Below are positions 52,488-64,000 of a stretch of 64,000 nucleotides of DNA, one piece after another; position 1 is the stretch's first letter; the number at the start of each line of letters is the position of its first letter. The stretch is from Lama guanicoe (taxonomy: Eukaryota). Location of the stretch: the NCBI GenBank assembly GCA_013239625.1, contig MU053304.1:2604001-2668000 (forward strand), written 5' to 3'. The notes under the pieces were generated by a model that saw only the letters and a program-made list of their open reading frames with translations, was not told where the DNA came from and ran no database searches. The position numbers were made by a program, and so were the translations under genes.

Positions 52488-54349
52488 ACACAAGGGAACT
52501 ATAGGTACTACAGCCCTACTTCGGAATTTTGTAAGTCAAAGCAGGATTGACTTCAGGCTGAGCCTCAAGCTCCTGGAAATAGCAGAGGGAGGATTCTATA
52601 TACCTCGGAAAAGTGGAATAGCTAGTTTCATAAAATTTTGTCAGCTTATAAATGGCCTTAGACCCACATTTTATGGGTACACGGCTGTGCTGGGGGACCT
52701 CTCCAAAGACATGACTGTAATAAGTGTACCCGGCTCAGACAGTCCCTCCACTTTGGAATGAGCTGGTTTGTATTACTTCTGTGCACGTCACAGGGGTAAA
52801 TCTATGGGCCTCATAAGCTCAGAATGTACCACGTCGAATCAGACAGAGGCGCTGAGACTCTGCTCCTCCATAGGGCTTTCATTCGTGGTGTTTGTTTCAG
52901 TGAGCTACAGGGATTTTCAATTATTTGTTGTTATATTTCTTTCTTCTTTTTTTCACTCTTCTTGAGATTAGAAACAATAACAGTGTCACTTCCAAAATGT
53001 ACTTGAAATAAAATACTTTTTATTTGGTTGTTTGTTTAACAAGGAGGAATATCTCACTGCATGAGAACAGATACTTAAAGCACTCGCTCCCTCTTTACAT
53101 GTTGGCTTGTTATTTTTCTCTAGAGCTTTCCGAGAGGGCTCATTGTGTATGCTGTGGGGCATTTGCAGATTTAACTGTACCGACTCATTTTCTGTGAAGC
53201 AATGATGGTGAAAATATAATAGATAAATACGGTGTTTTATGGTATTGCTTCACCTCCAGAAACAGGAGGAAGATATACAATATATTTCCTGACCCTGAGT
53301 ATAAAATGTCCATGCCTTCAAATCAGTAAATTGAATTTATGAAAATATGGGGCTAAACTATGTGTACCCATCAGTTTATGTAGTGATTTTTTTCCCCAGG
53401 AATCTGCTAATAGATGTGCTTGTCAGAAACAAACCCTCGGATTATTATCATTAAAGCAGCATAGCAGTATTAACTTGATTTTTCCATTTCTCCTGCACCC
53501 TTGTTTGTTTTTCCTCCTATCTAATGGCATGTTGCTTGTGTACGGTCATTGCTTTTCCAGCTGTACTAATAACAGCTCAGGCAAGAATATATTTCTCTTT
53601 ATGTGTATCAGTGCTGCGTATATTCCTAAAAATACTTTTTTTGAAAAGTGCTAGTGTTGACGTTGACCCATGAGGGTAACAGCGCTCTGACTTTTTCTCA
53701 TTTCTAGGAAGAATTCAGAAGCTGCACACCGTCTCAGCTAAGGTTACAACTTTGCCTGCTTCTTCCAAGGAAAACTGAGAAATCTTAAGGTAATGTCCTA
53801 TAGCACCAAGACCAGTTAGGGATTAATTATGTATTCTATTGCATTTTTCTTTGGCTTCGTAGACAGCAGGAAAAAAATGGACTATAAGAAAAAGAAGGTA
53901 ACTTCTAGAAGGAACACAGGAAAAAAGTATATGTGTTGAATTGATCATTACCCAAGTAATGAAGAATTTGCTAACAGGAATTAGATATTTTCATACATTC
54001 TATTGACAAATCTTAGTGCAAATGGTAAGGAAATAACTTAGACAAAGTACAGGGATTCGGAAAAGACCCTGAGAACGTGTTTTTCTTTCTTTTCACAAGA
54101 CTCCTTCTGACTCACTTGTCCAAATGGCTGTGGGAGGCAGCAGATTCCTAGGTCTAAGAGAGGTCTTTAGTTGTGGGGATTGAGGAATCCTTAGGAAGCG
54201 ACACGTGAAGGGCTTTCCTTCCATGGGCTTGGTGAGGTCCTGGTAAGAGAGACTTCAAGAAAAAATTATGGAGGATATTGCAAAGGAGTTGACCTGAAGA
54301 AATCTTTGGACTCCCTGGGGATTTAGTTTAGAAGGGGCAACACTGAACC

Positions 54350-54432
54350 TGTGTGTGTGTGTGTCTGTGTGTGTGTGTGTGTATGTGTGTGTGTGTGTGT
54401 GTGTCTGGATGGTATGTATGTGTGTGTGTATG
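54350..54432. repeat. (GT)n interrupted microsatellite
   Basis: Directly visible. Confidence 0.92.
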
Positions 54433-54799
54433 CATGTCCAGATGGGCTGGTCTCTTTAGCCTTCAAAAGAGAAGGCAGAGCTAAAAAGGTGATCTAATGC
54501 CTCTGAGGCTGGGAGAGTACGTGAAAATCAGTTCACAGGTGGGTTTTTCCGGCTGCCTAACTATTGGCATACCTGTTGCCACAGAAGTAGATGGTGATTC
54601 AACTTCCATTCCTTCTGAAAGTTCTCCACTTAGGCGCTTCAACAACCGAAGTTCATTCCTAAAGAAATCACAAGGAAAAAGAATTACAGAGATTATAATA
54701 TTCTTAGAGATCTAACCATCAGCAAAAGGAGATGAAATGGAGTAGCACCTCTGGAGGTCTCAGACAACACCAGCACATAATAATAACATGATAAAGAAC

Positions 54800-55230
54800 A
54801 GCTATAAAGATTCTAGTTTAATTCAAAACTAGACTTTCTAAACTAAAAACTAGGTGTTTGAAGTAGAAAATTTAGTAGATGAGTTGAAATATGCGATGAT
54901 TGCTGTGAAGACTGGGATTAGCAGCCTGGAAGAGAGAGTTCAAGAATGTAAGAATATTATCTCAAAGTATAAGCCAAAAAAAATAAAAAGAGAGAAAATT
55001 TGGAGAGATAGGAGATCCGGAGGTTTCAGAAACTTAGTACCAAAATCACAATAATTTCAGGAGAAAAGGAAACTGATGGAAGATATACAATAACTATACC
55101 AGGGACTGAAGAATGTTTCTCTGAGATAAAAGATTGCTTTCTACAGAATGGAAAATTATGTTAAGTTTCTGGAACTAGTAATGAGAAAGGCAGATACTAT
55201 ATTCTTGAACTCAAGGAGAAAGGGAAAAGG
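54800..55230 (+). mobile_element. HAL1/L1 ORF1 remnant (coiled-coil region)
   Basis: ORF VENLVDELK...GISSLEERVQE resembles L1 ORF1 heptads. Confidence 0.55.
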
Positions 55231-56659
55231 AGGATGGTTTATATTAATTTTGTTTATCATCTACATAGTAACTTGGCAAAGGATAGGACAGTAAAACATT
55301 TTTATGAACTGTGCCATTTAAATATACATTTGTACAGCTTTCTGAAGTATTTCTCTTTATGCATTAGTCCTATAATCTCACAAGCAAATGTATTATTTAT
55401 TGGCTAAGAACAATGATTAAAGAATATTACACTATCCAACTTGAAAATTTCTTGTCTGAGAGGACTTTAAGTTCTACCTCATTGCATTGGTGGCAAAACT
55501 CTTCTTGAATTTATAATTCATGTCTTTTATTCTAATGCATTAAATAGTTTAATAAAAGGAAATTAAATAGCTCCAAAAATGTAAGTTTTTCACATATACA
55601 GCTTCCAATCTGCATGCAGAAATTGAATCACTATCCTAAAGGAACACTGTGGATAGTGTTTATATGGATTATTTCAGCCACTTATGACTTTAAAGGGAAA
55701 AGAAAACCAGAAATTATGTAAGAGATGGTTTTGAAAGCATCGCAATGATGAGAATGATAAGGGCACTGGAGCTGTAAATGCATCCGTAGTTCTTTCTTTC
55801 ATGGGGCTATTTTCATAATAGCAGGACATCAAGTACTTTTTATTAGAATTTGAACTATTTGAGAAATAAATGTTTAGTACAAAATGATATTTTAAAACAC
55901 ATTCCACATCATAGTCGGCAAAAATATAATGTAAGTGTAGAATTAATGCTATGGAAAAACAAACCATTACATTCAAAGTGAGCGGCTTCTCCTAGTCCGC
56001 CTTCTGTTGTCCATGAAGTGTAGCATCAGTCAACACAACAGAAACGCAAGTGAACAGCCGTCCCCTCTTCATCTGAAGGGATTTCAAAAATCTATCCTAT
56101 TTCTGCGGTCACTCCTTCCTTTTATAAAATGAGAACAATAATTGTTTCTACATGAGTATTATTGGAGACAGTTATCATCTTCTGTAAAAGCTTCACAAAT
56201 GCACAGCAATCCCTTCATCTCTCATGATACCACAATACAAAAAGCCCACGGCTGCGTTTAATGGTGTGGTCAGTTCCCATGACTCTGTCTGACACATGTT
56301 CGTCTTTGCCATCACCGTTAGTCTAATCAACTCCTTTGTATACTGTATTCCTACCTAAAAGGCATGATATCCAAATTACCTCCTTAATCACGACTCCATA
56401 AAATCACGACTCTATAAAAGAGGTATATTTCCACATAAATTACCTAACCTAATGCTTTTTACATTTCAATTTTAATCATGATTTTTTAAATTTAATACCA
56501 CTGATTGATTAACTTATCAGAATGATCCTTCAAAGACTATTTTAATAGAGAACAGGAAAATGAACAGGTAATCGAGAGGAATTTAATTGTTGCATATCGT
56601 GAGAGCCATGAGCAAGAAATAAATTATAAAAATAAATGTAAAAGTTCGTTTTCTTATCT

Positions 56660-56870
56660 ACCTAGAAATTGAACCAGGAATTTCACTGTAAATTTATCCA
56701 ACAAATAAGCTTGCTCATAAACGTATATGCAAAATCACAAGTGTAGAAGCCACTGCAGCTTTGTTGATAATAATGAAATACTTGAAAATAATCTACACGT
56801 CTGTTCACCAATGGGTAACAAGTAAATTAAAATATACCCATAAATGGAATGCTATGTAGTTATTACAAAG
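56660..56870 (+). mobile_element. L1ME-type 3' fragment
   Basis: cactgcagctttgttgataataatgaaatacttgaaaataatcta...atggaatgctatgtag. Confidence 0.55.
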
Positions 56871-57697
56871 ATTTCCATATGTGATATTTAAACTTTATAT
56901 AAAGCATATATAATTTTTAAAAACTTTAATATATATATGTATATATATATTTAAAAAAATTTTAAACGAAAAACATATGAAACATTGCCTAGAAGACTAA
57001 CTAAATAAAAGCATTTGCTTTATATAAAATGACACCCCTAAAAATTAGCAACAGTAGTTGCATCTACTGGGAATCCAGGCCAGAGTGCACTGTTTCCCTG
57101 TGTGTCCTCTTTTTAATTTTGAATTTTTACTTAGTGAAAAGGCCCATTTCCTAAGGAAATTCACACCATCCATCGTGAGTGAAACCGGTGTTCCTAATCG
57201 ACTGACGTGGCCAAATGGCAGCTTTCCTGTAAAGCGATTTTGAGTTCTGAATTATTATACATTTTTACAAATATATCGAGGCATTTTCACCAATAAAGTT
57301 CTGCTGCTCTTAGAGTAGTCTTTCTCTTCTTGTTTTCTTTTTAAAGAAACTTTTAAACCTCAGTTTAGATCAGCAATTTAATAATAGTGTGTAGAATATG
57401 TCCACTGACATCTTATGAAGAAAGAAAAGTAAGAAAAGTGGAAGAAGATGCCAATGATGAACACCAACAATTGAAAGGAAATTGAAATGATGACCACAGT
57501 GGCTCAATTTAGAATCGTTTGCTTGTACTGCCAACAAAATTCTTCAGCCTGCTGAGAAATAGACTTGTCAAAATCGAACTAAATCAAAAGTGTCAAGAAG
57601 CCTTTTGGAAGTGCTTTGCATTAAAATCACATTAGAATTGCAAGGCTTCCTCAGTTTCTACACTTACTGGTTCTATTGGGAAGATCTGAAATAAAAA

Positions 57698-57700
<3 letters not shown>

Positions 57701-57736
<36 letters not shown>
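57701..57736. repeat. Pure poly(T)36 tract
   Basis: Directly visible. Confidence 0.95.
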
Positions 57737-57737
<1 letters not shown>

Positions 57738-57955
57738 AGCTAGGACCCTCTGGCTTTGAATCCCAGCACTGCCCACTTCTCTCCATAGGACTTTGGACAA
57801 TTTCTCCAGTGTTCTGCACCTATTTCCTCATCAGTTAATTTCAGATAGTAGTAGTGGATTCCTTGCAGAGTTGTTGCTAAAAACCAGGTGATTAATAAAA
57901 CTGAGGGACTTAGAGCCATGCTTAGAACACGGTGTTCTTTAACCACTGATTATTT
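57737..57955 (+). mobile_element. MIR SINE
   Basis: tttgaatcccagcactgcccactt...gactttggacaa...tttcctcatcagt...gagttgttg. Confidence 0.7.
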
Positions 57956-58419
57956 GGATACTAGTACTATATTTACTACCACCTGCCAAAAGATACTTTT
58001 TGAATTTTTGTGTGAATATTACTGTAAAATGCAGAAACAGTAAGTTAAATAAAACACTAATTTATCATTAGAAACCACTATTTCATTCTGGTTCTATCAC
58101 TTAATGGGTACGTGACCCTGGACATGTCCCTTAGTCCCTCCTCGAGGATGACATCTAACTCCTCTACTGAAAAATGGGAGTAATTCACCTGATTGTCTGG
58201 AAGATCAGGTACAATTTTACAAAAAAACCCATAAATATTGAGATTGGAATGCTATGTGAATGTAAAATAGTGAATAAGAGAAAGGATAACAGTAGAAACA
58301 AGAGTAATAGTAATTTAGTTAATTATAAAGAAAAAAAACTAAAGCACAGAAACTTAAAGAAAAAAGAATATTTCATGTCATAATGTTAGCATTCAGTCTT
58401 ATTTTTTTCAAAAAATTAA

Positions 58420-58800
58420 AACATTTGCATATGCTTTCTTTTATGTGTTTTAAATATTTACATAAATGGTATCACACTATATATAACACTTTGAAAATTG
58501 TTTTCACTCTTAGAATGACTTTTTTCTTTGAGATTTATTTAACTTGATGCATGCAGGACTAGTTCATTGATTTTAAATTGCAAAAAGAACTTCATTGTAT
58601 TATCAATAACTTTATTTATTCCTGACTTTGCTGAGGGACAGATTTTCATTTTGCTGTTACAAATTGTACTGCAATACGATTTCTTCTGCACATATATGAG
58701 AATTTTATAATAGTTAAATTCCTAGGAATGGAATTACTGGATTGCAGGGCATATGTATATATGCTTTTATTAGATTTCACCTTTCATGCTTTCTGAAGTG
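58420..58800 (-). mobile_element. L1ME-type 3' fragment
   Basis: cataaatggtatcacactatat...cctaggaatggaattactggattgcagggcatatg. Confidence 0.65.
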
Positions 58801-60039
58801 GTCATCTGTCATTGAGAATAACAAGCAGAAGTATTTAAAGCTCTATGATTATTTTCCTTGTATATTTTTCCTTAAATGAAAGGTCACTGTCAAGGGCACT
58901 GAGGGGCATTTTATGCTAAACCCCCTTCACTGTCCATTTGAATGTTGAATGTTGTGGGATATATAATATTGTTGCTCTGCTTATTAGAATTATGTTGATT
59001 GCAGAACAGGTATGATGTTTTGTGATTATTCTGTGTTCATGTAGCCCTTTGTATAAAGTGAGCCATTAATTCCTCTGGGCATAAACAGTTTTACGAGAAA
59101 ACCAGACTTAACTTGCATCATTTCACTTTATGATGCCTTTTGTTAAAGAATGTTAAACGTCTGTAAGTATAACAAATTTCTGTAGCTAGGAAATGCTTAG
59201 TGAATGTAAAAAATGCAAAATCATTAAAGGGAATCAAAGGTCATCAAAAATCCACAAAGAAAACAAAATCATTAGGAAGGAAAGATGGATAGATGGATGG
59301 ATACATACATAGAAAAATAATAGATTTGTAATGAAACAAAGATAGTAAAATATTAATTATAGAATTTCGGTAGTGGTTTTAGAGGTATTCACCACAAGTT
59401 CTTAAAATTTTTCTAAATATTTGAAAGCTTTCTGATTAAACTGTTGAGGGTAAATAAAATGATAATGGGGAAAAGAATCCACAGAGAACACAGGTGCCAT
59501 TACAGCAGATGAAACTTGAACTAAAGTAACTAATAGCTGAACCAAATATAACAATAATCAAAAGAAAATTAATTTTACTTCTTTCCTTGGTATAGACCTT
59601 TCTGCTAATGCATCTTCCATTCCAAGGCAGCTAGTTGGTTCTTGATTGAAATTGAGGTGATCAAAATCAGCCACTGTCCCTCAGTTTTAAAATAAACTTT
59701 TTTTTCCATGTAACTAGATTCTGCATTCTTGGCAGATATACTGCCTAATTCTGCGTATATAGTAAAAAATGTAATGGGAAGTCCCACCAGGAAGCATCAG
59801 ACTCTTCCATTTGCCTGCTTTTGGAAATTGTGCAGAAAAACTGCCTACTCAGTGAATCTACTTTTCATGAATTTCTTTTCTTTTTCCCTTGTAGCATAGA
59901 AAAATAACTTATTGACTAGACTTCAAGGCATATTATTTTACAGCAAAAACAGATGTTTAGTGAACACTTATTTAAAGTTTTGGCCACTATGTCTATAAGT
60001 AAATAAAAAAGGAAAGATGCATCTGTTGAAAGAAAACCA

Positions 60040-60489
60040 TGTTAGAGTCAAGATTCCAGCAAGAGACAAATGGCACATTCAACAGGGTAATTGAGGGGAG
60101 CTTAATAAAGAAGCTGTTGACAAAAATGAATGTAGGGTTAAGAAACCCAAAAGCAAAGCTAAAGCAAGGAATGACAAATCAAATGTGAGTAATTGTCACG
60201 CCTGGACCTGAATGGGCAAGGGGAGGAAAAAGTACTAGGAGCCAGGTAGGAGAGGCCCCCTGACAGAAGCTGTGTACTTTTGTGGGGAAACACAGCCAAC
60301 CCACAATGGGGAGACATCCTGGGAAATGGGTACCCCAGTCTCACTCTTCTCCCATCCTGCCACACCTGCCACTGTCTTTGATCAGCTGGATCTAATAAGA
60401 AGTTAGGGAGAGTCTGATGACACAAGACAATAAAGGTCAGTGGATGGACAAAATTTGAGTATGTAGCTAAATCAAAGTTATCCAGTACA
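60040..60489. mobile_element. ERVL LTR (LTR41-like)
   Basis: TG...CA bounded, 450 bp; aatggcacattcaacagggtaattgaggggagcttaataaag motif. Confidence 0.55.
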
Positions 60490-61199
60490 TAAATCTGTTC
60501 TAGGTTATAAGCATTTTTATACTTTTAAAAAGTCTGTATATTCTTCTTGGTCAATGACTTCACATGAATAAGCAGATAAGCAAGAGGATTTGTTATGTCT
60601 CTAGAAATGTTATTTACCATAATGTTATAAATATTTACAAAATTATTCTATCTAGAAAAAAAACTAAGACTGCCAATTAAACATTCAACATCAGCCACTT
60701 AAAAAAAAAACTTAGTTACTGAGTAAAGGGTGCAAAGAGGGACAGAAGAAAGTAACACCGTTAGATGATGGGAAGTGAGATCCAACTGGCCCTTCTCCCT
60801 TACGCTCATTATAACTAAAACGAGACATTTTATTTTCTTTAGTTTGTTTCAGATATCATATTTTGGTAAGCTGGGACTAATTATTGGTTTTACTGGTGTA
60901 TTTGGTCTTAGGAGCCAATAAATATATTCAAAATACTAAACTTAGCTGTAGCTAGATTTTGCTAAGACTACAAAGTTATATTTAATTCATCTACAACCTA
61001 ATTCAGCACATACCCAACATCTAAACTCAAGCACATTCAGCATGACTTTCATCTTACTTTTATAGAATATGACATAAAATCAACAATAATCTGAATAATA
61101 CTTCATGAAATAAATGTATACAATTATTTTAATGTGTGATTGAACTAAGGAAAATGAGTGGTTTGATTTTAAAGTTATTGTATGTCCCTTAAAATACAT

Positions 61200-61330
61200 T
61201 CTTGTCACCATTCTACAGATGACAAATTAAGTTTCAGGAAATGTAAGTAATTTTCCCAAAGTAACACTTTAAGCAAGTGATAAAGTCGGAACTGTAACCA
61301 GATCTTAATGACTCAAATCAATTTTCTTAA
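61200..61330 (-). mobile_element. MIR core fragment
   Basis: cattctacagatgac...taagtaattttcccaaagtaacac. Confidence 0.6.
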
Positions 61331-63089
61331 ACATCACTGCAAATCCTGACCAAGGTCCAGCTCACTGTTCGCAAGAAACGATGCATATGCTTTTCTTGAC
61401 CTCCCAACAATTCAGGGCTTTCTTAAATATTCACACTGTTTTGTTGAGAGAAATAATTATAATCTTTTCCATCCTGTGGCTCCAGGGCTTTCTTGCTATT
61501 CTCCTTTTACATTCTCTCCCTGAAGCTACATGACTCATCTCTTCAAAATCTCCTCTGTGCTGAGAACTAGAGGAGAAAAAGACTATTTTCCATTAGTCCC
61601 AGCATTCCCTGTTCTCTGCTAATAAGATTGCAATGAATAAATACCCGTGTAGGGGCAGGCAGAGTTGGCTGAATTCATACCCAAGGGCATCTTAGCCTGC
61701 CAAAACCTTTCCAAAAATCCTGGGAAAATGCTTGGAGGGTAGTTGTAAGTATTAATGGAAAATAATGAAAAGGTATTTCAACAAAAGAGAAATGTATTGT
61801 TTTGTTCTACTAATAAAAGCAAACATGGAACTTGATGTCTATGGAAATTTATGTCTAAAACTGATTACAGTGCATTCCTGGATAATAGGCCATTTATCTT
61901 CCATGAACATTTAAATAATGATTAGACCACCTGTTCTTCCCACTTTGACTCACCTCTCTGAACTCATACCCCATCCCCAACTTGGTGTAGTAGGCATGGA
62001 TAGCTCTGTAAGGATTTCTTTTACATTGCACTAGCCTGGTGTCAGAGGTATTTTGAAGTTCAAGTTTATCGCTAATCTTAATGCTGCCTGAATGTCTCTA
62101 TATTGAGTTAAGTCCACAGCTGAAAGTTGCTTGCTTATTGTCCATTTTACTACTATTTTTAATCTAGGATAAATAATCAATGCACTGGGTAATTATTCGT
62201 TAGAGGCTTTCCCTTCCCCCCACCTCAGGATAAAAGTTTGCAAGTCATTCACACACTATTGATTTGTAATCCAAATTTAGGGAGAGGCTTGCGTTCCTAC
62301 ATGAAGATAAATTTTAGTCAGAAAAAAAGAAAGGCTTATGTACTCTTGTTCCTCACAGTTTTTATTTTTTTCCTCTTGCCTCAGTAAACATTTGTGCTCA
62401 AGGATTTTTACAGGTTAATAAAAAGAAGCAGGTCCGGAGTGGTAAGTACATGTGACTCGCTAATATATGCAGACCTGGTGAAGGTTATTCCCTGGGGATT
62501 TTACTGAGAGAAAATTGTAATGAGCTCATTATTTATTTGAGAATAGGGAAGAAGAAAACAAAACAAGAGTAACAAAGGAAAGTTGGGTTGTTTGGAAACT
62601 TTTATTTTATTTTATTATCTCCCAATGCTCTCCTCTGCCCTAAAGAGAATTATATGACTGTCCTTGAGAAAGACAGAAGTAAGACCTGTGAATACTATTC
62701 ACTTTGATATCTGCATTTGTGATAAAATATCTGGACATCCATCGCCCTCAGAGGGAAGAGGGAAGACACCAGCTCTATTCACATGCAGAGGTGACTGACA
62801 TATTCTAATACCCATTTACCTCTCCTCACCAACAACATTAAGCCATCGGGATCTGAATCTACTAGGCTCTGAGTAACCTCTGAGTTGAGGTTTATCAACT
62901 CAGTAGAAAGGGTTTCATTCCAGTACCCAGGCAAGGAGCATTACACAATCTCATGAGCTTTGCATACGCTTCCACCTACAAGATAACAAAGACTAACTTT
63001 TTCTCAGTAATTCAATTCTTGTTGGACTTGTGCCTCTAGTTTGCATTTATTGACTTCTGACTCTATACAACTCTTACAACTGTTCACTA

Positions 63090-63439
63090 AGATAAACAAA
63101 ACAAATGCCCTCTCCTCCAGCAGGACACACCCTACTGGGGGGACCACATGCACATCAGTGATTGGAATTCAAGATGTGTCCTGAGAATCACTTAAGGTCA
63201 AATATAAGCAAAATGCTCTGGGAGCATGGAGGAGTGCTTGAAGACTCAGGAGTGGGAAGAGCAGAAAAGGTTTTGTGAAGGAGGTGACAGCAGGATTGAA
63301 CCTTTTCAATCAAGTCACCACAGACGTCTGTGATTCACAATATTGGAAAGAAGGCATTCCCACCTTGAGATTAGTGATAGCCAAAATTTAGTTGTGTGAA
63401 AGCGTTTGGTGTGTTAGGAAATTACATGTGTAGCAGTGG
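63090..63439 (-). mobile_element. L2 3' fragment, interrupted by MLT2
   Basis: tgctctgggagcatggagga...ggaggtgaca...gaaggcattccc motifs; sequence resumes gctggg after the LTR. Confidence 0.55.
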
Positions 63440-63864
63440 TGTGATGGTTAATTTATGTGTCAACTTGACCAAGCCACAATATTCCTATATTTTGTTAAAT
63501 ACCCATCTAAATGTCATGGTGATGGTATATTTCAGGTGAGATTAACATTTAAATCAGTAGACTTTGAATAAAGCAGATTGCCCTTAATAATATGGGTGGG
63601 CCTCATCCCATCAGTTGCAGGCTTCAAGAGGAAAAAGACAGCTTTGCCCTGAAGAATAGGGAATTTTGCCTCCAGACTGCCCTCAGAGTCCACCTGCAAC
63701 ATCAACTCTTCCCTGGGTCTCCAACTTGCCATCCACATGCAGATTCTAGATGTGCCAGGCTCCACAGTCCTGTGAGGCAATTCCTTCAAGTCTCTGTATA
63801 TTTATGTTTCTCTATCTGTCTATCCATCTAGCTATCTGTTTTATTTCTCTGGAGGACTAACACA
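63440..63864 (+). mobile_element. ERVL solo LTR (MLT2D-like)
   Basis: Starts tgtgatggttaatttatgtgtcaacttgac, contains gattaacatttaaatcagtagactttgaataaagcagattgccct, ends gactaacaca. Confidence 0.9.
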
Positions 63865-64000
63865 GCTGGGTAGTTTTCAAGTGGGCAAAGGATAATTGTA
63901 GAAAGTGTGCTAGCATTCCATCGTGTACCACCTGCGATTCTAGTGTAAGGAAACTACTCTTTCTTATTTGGCATCGTGAAGCCAATCAGAGATTTCTGAG

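Noticed and set aside
56885..56968. AT-only quasi-palindrome
   Set aside because: Low-complexity (TA)n self-complementarity.
1..64000. Prokaryote-style novel system (operon, CRISPR, defence locus)
   Set aside because: The sequence is mammalian repeat-rich non-coding DNA with no gene clusters or spacer arrays.

Overview
Mammalian, AT-rich, gene-poor non-coding DNA (intergenic or deep intronic). The tRNA-derived SINEs of the camelid Vic-1 type and the artiodactyl-type L1 3' ends suggest a camelid (camel/alpaca); that is an inference. No intact protein-coding gene or convincing coding exon is visible. The ORF track is mostly noise, L1/ERV remnants and one full-length RPS21 processed pseudogene (minus strand, about 10688-11039). 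The rest is layered interspersed repeats (L1 of several ages, L2, MIR, SINEs, ERVL/MaLR/ERV1 LTRs, hAT MITEs) and microsatellites. Repeat family names come from recalled consensus sequences and most boundaries are approximate. I found no new biological system in the sense of an operon or novel gene family. The most notable observations are retrotransposition oddities: a TSD-flanked chimera of a SINE and a polyadenylated unique sequence (21461-21916), an orphan mRNA-like 3' fragment nested in an MLT1C LTR, a CpG-dense but coding-dead RPS21 retrocopy, and internally deleted ERVL and L1 copies.
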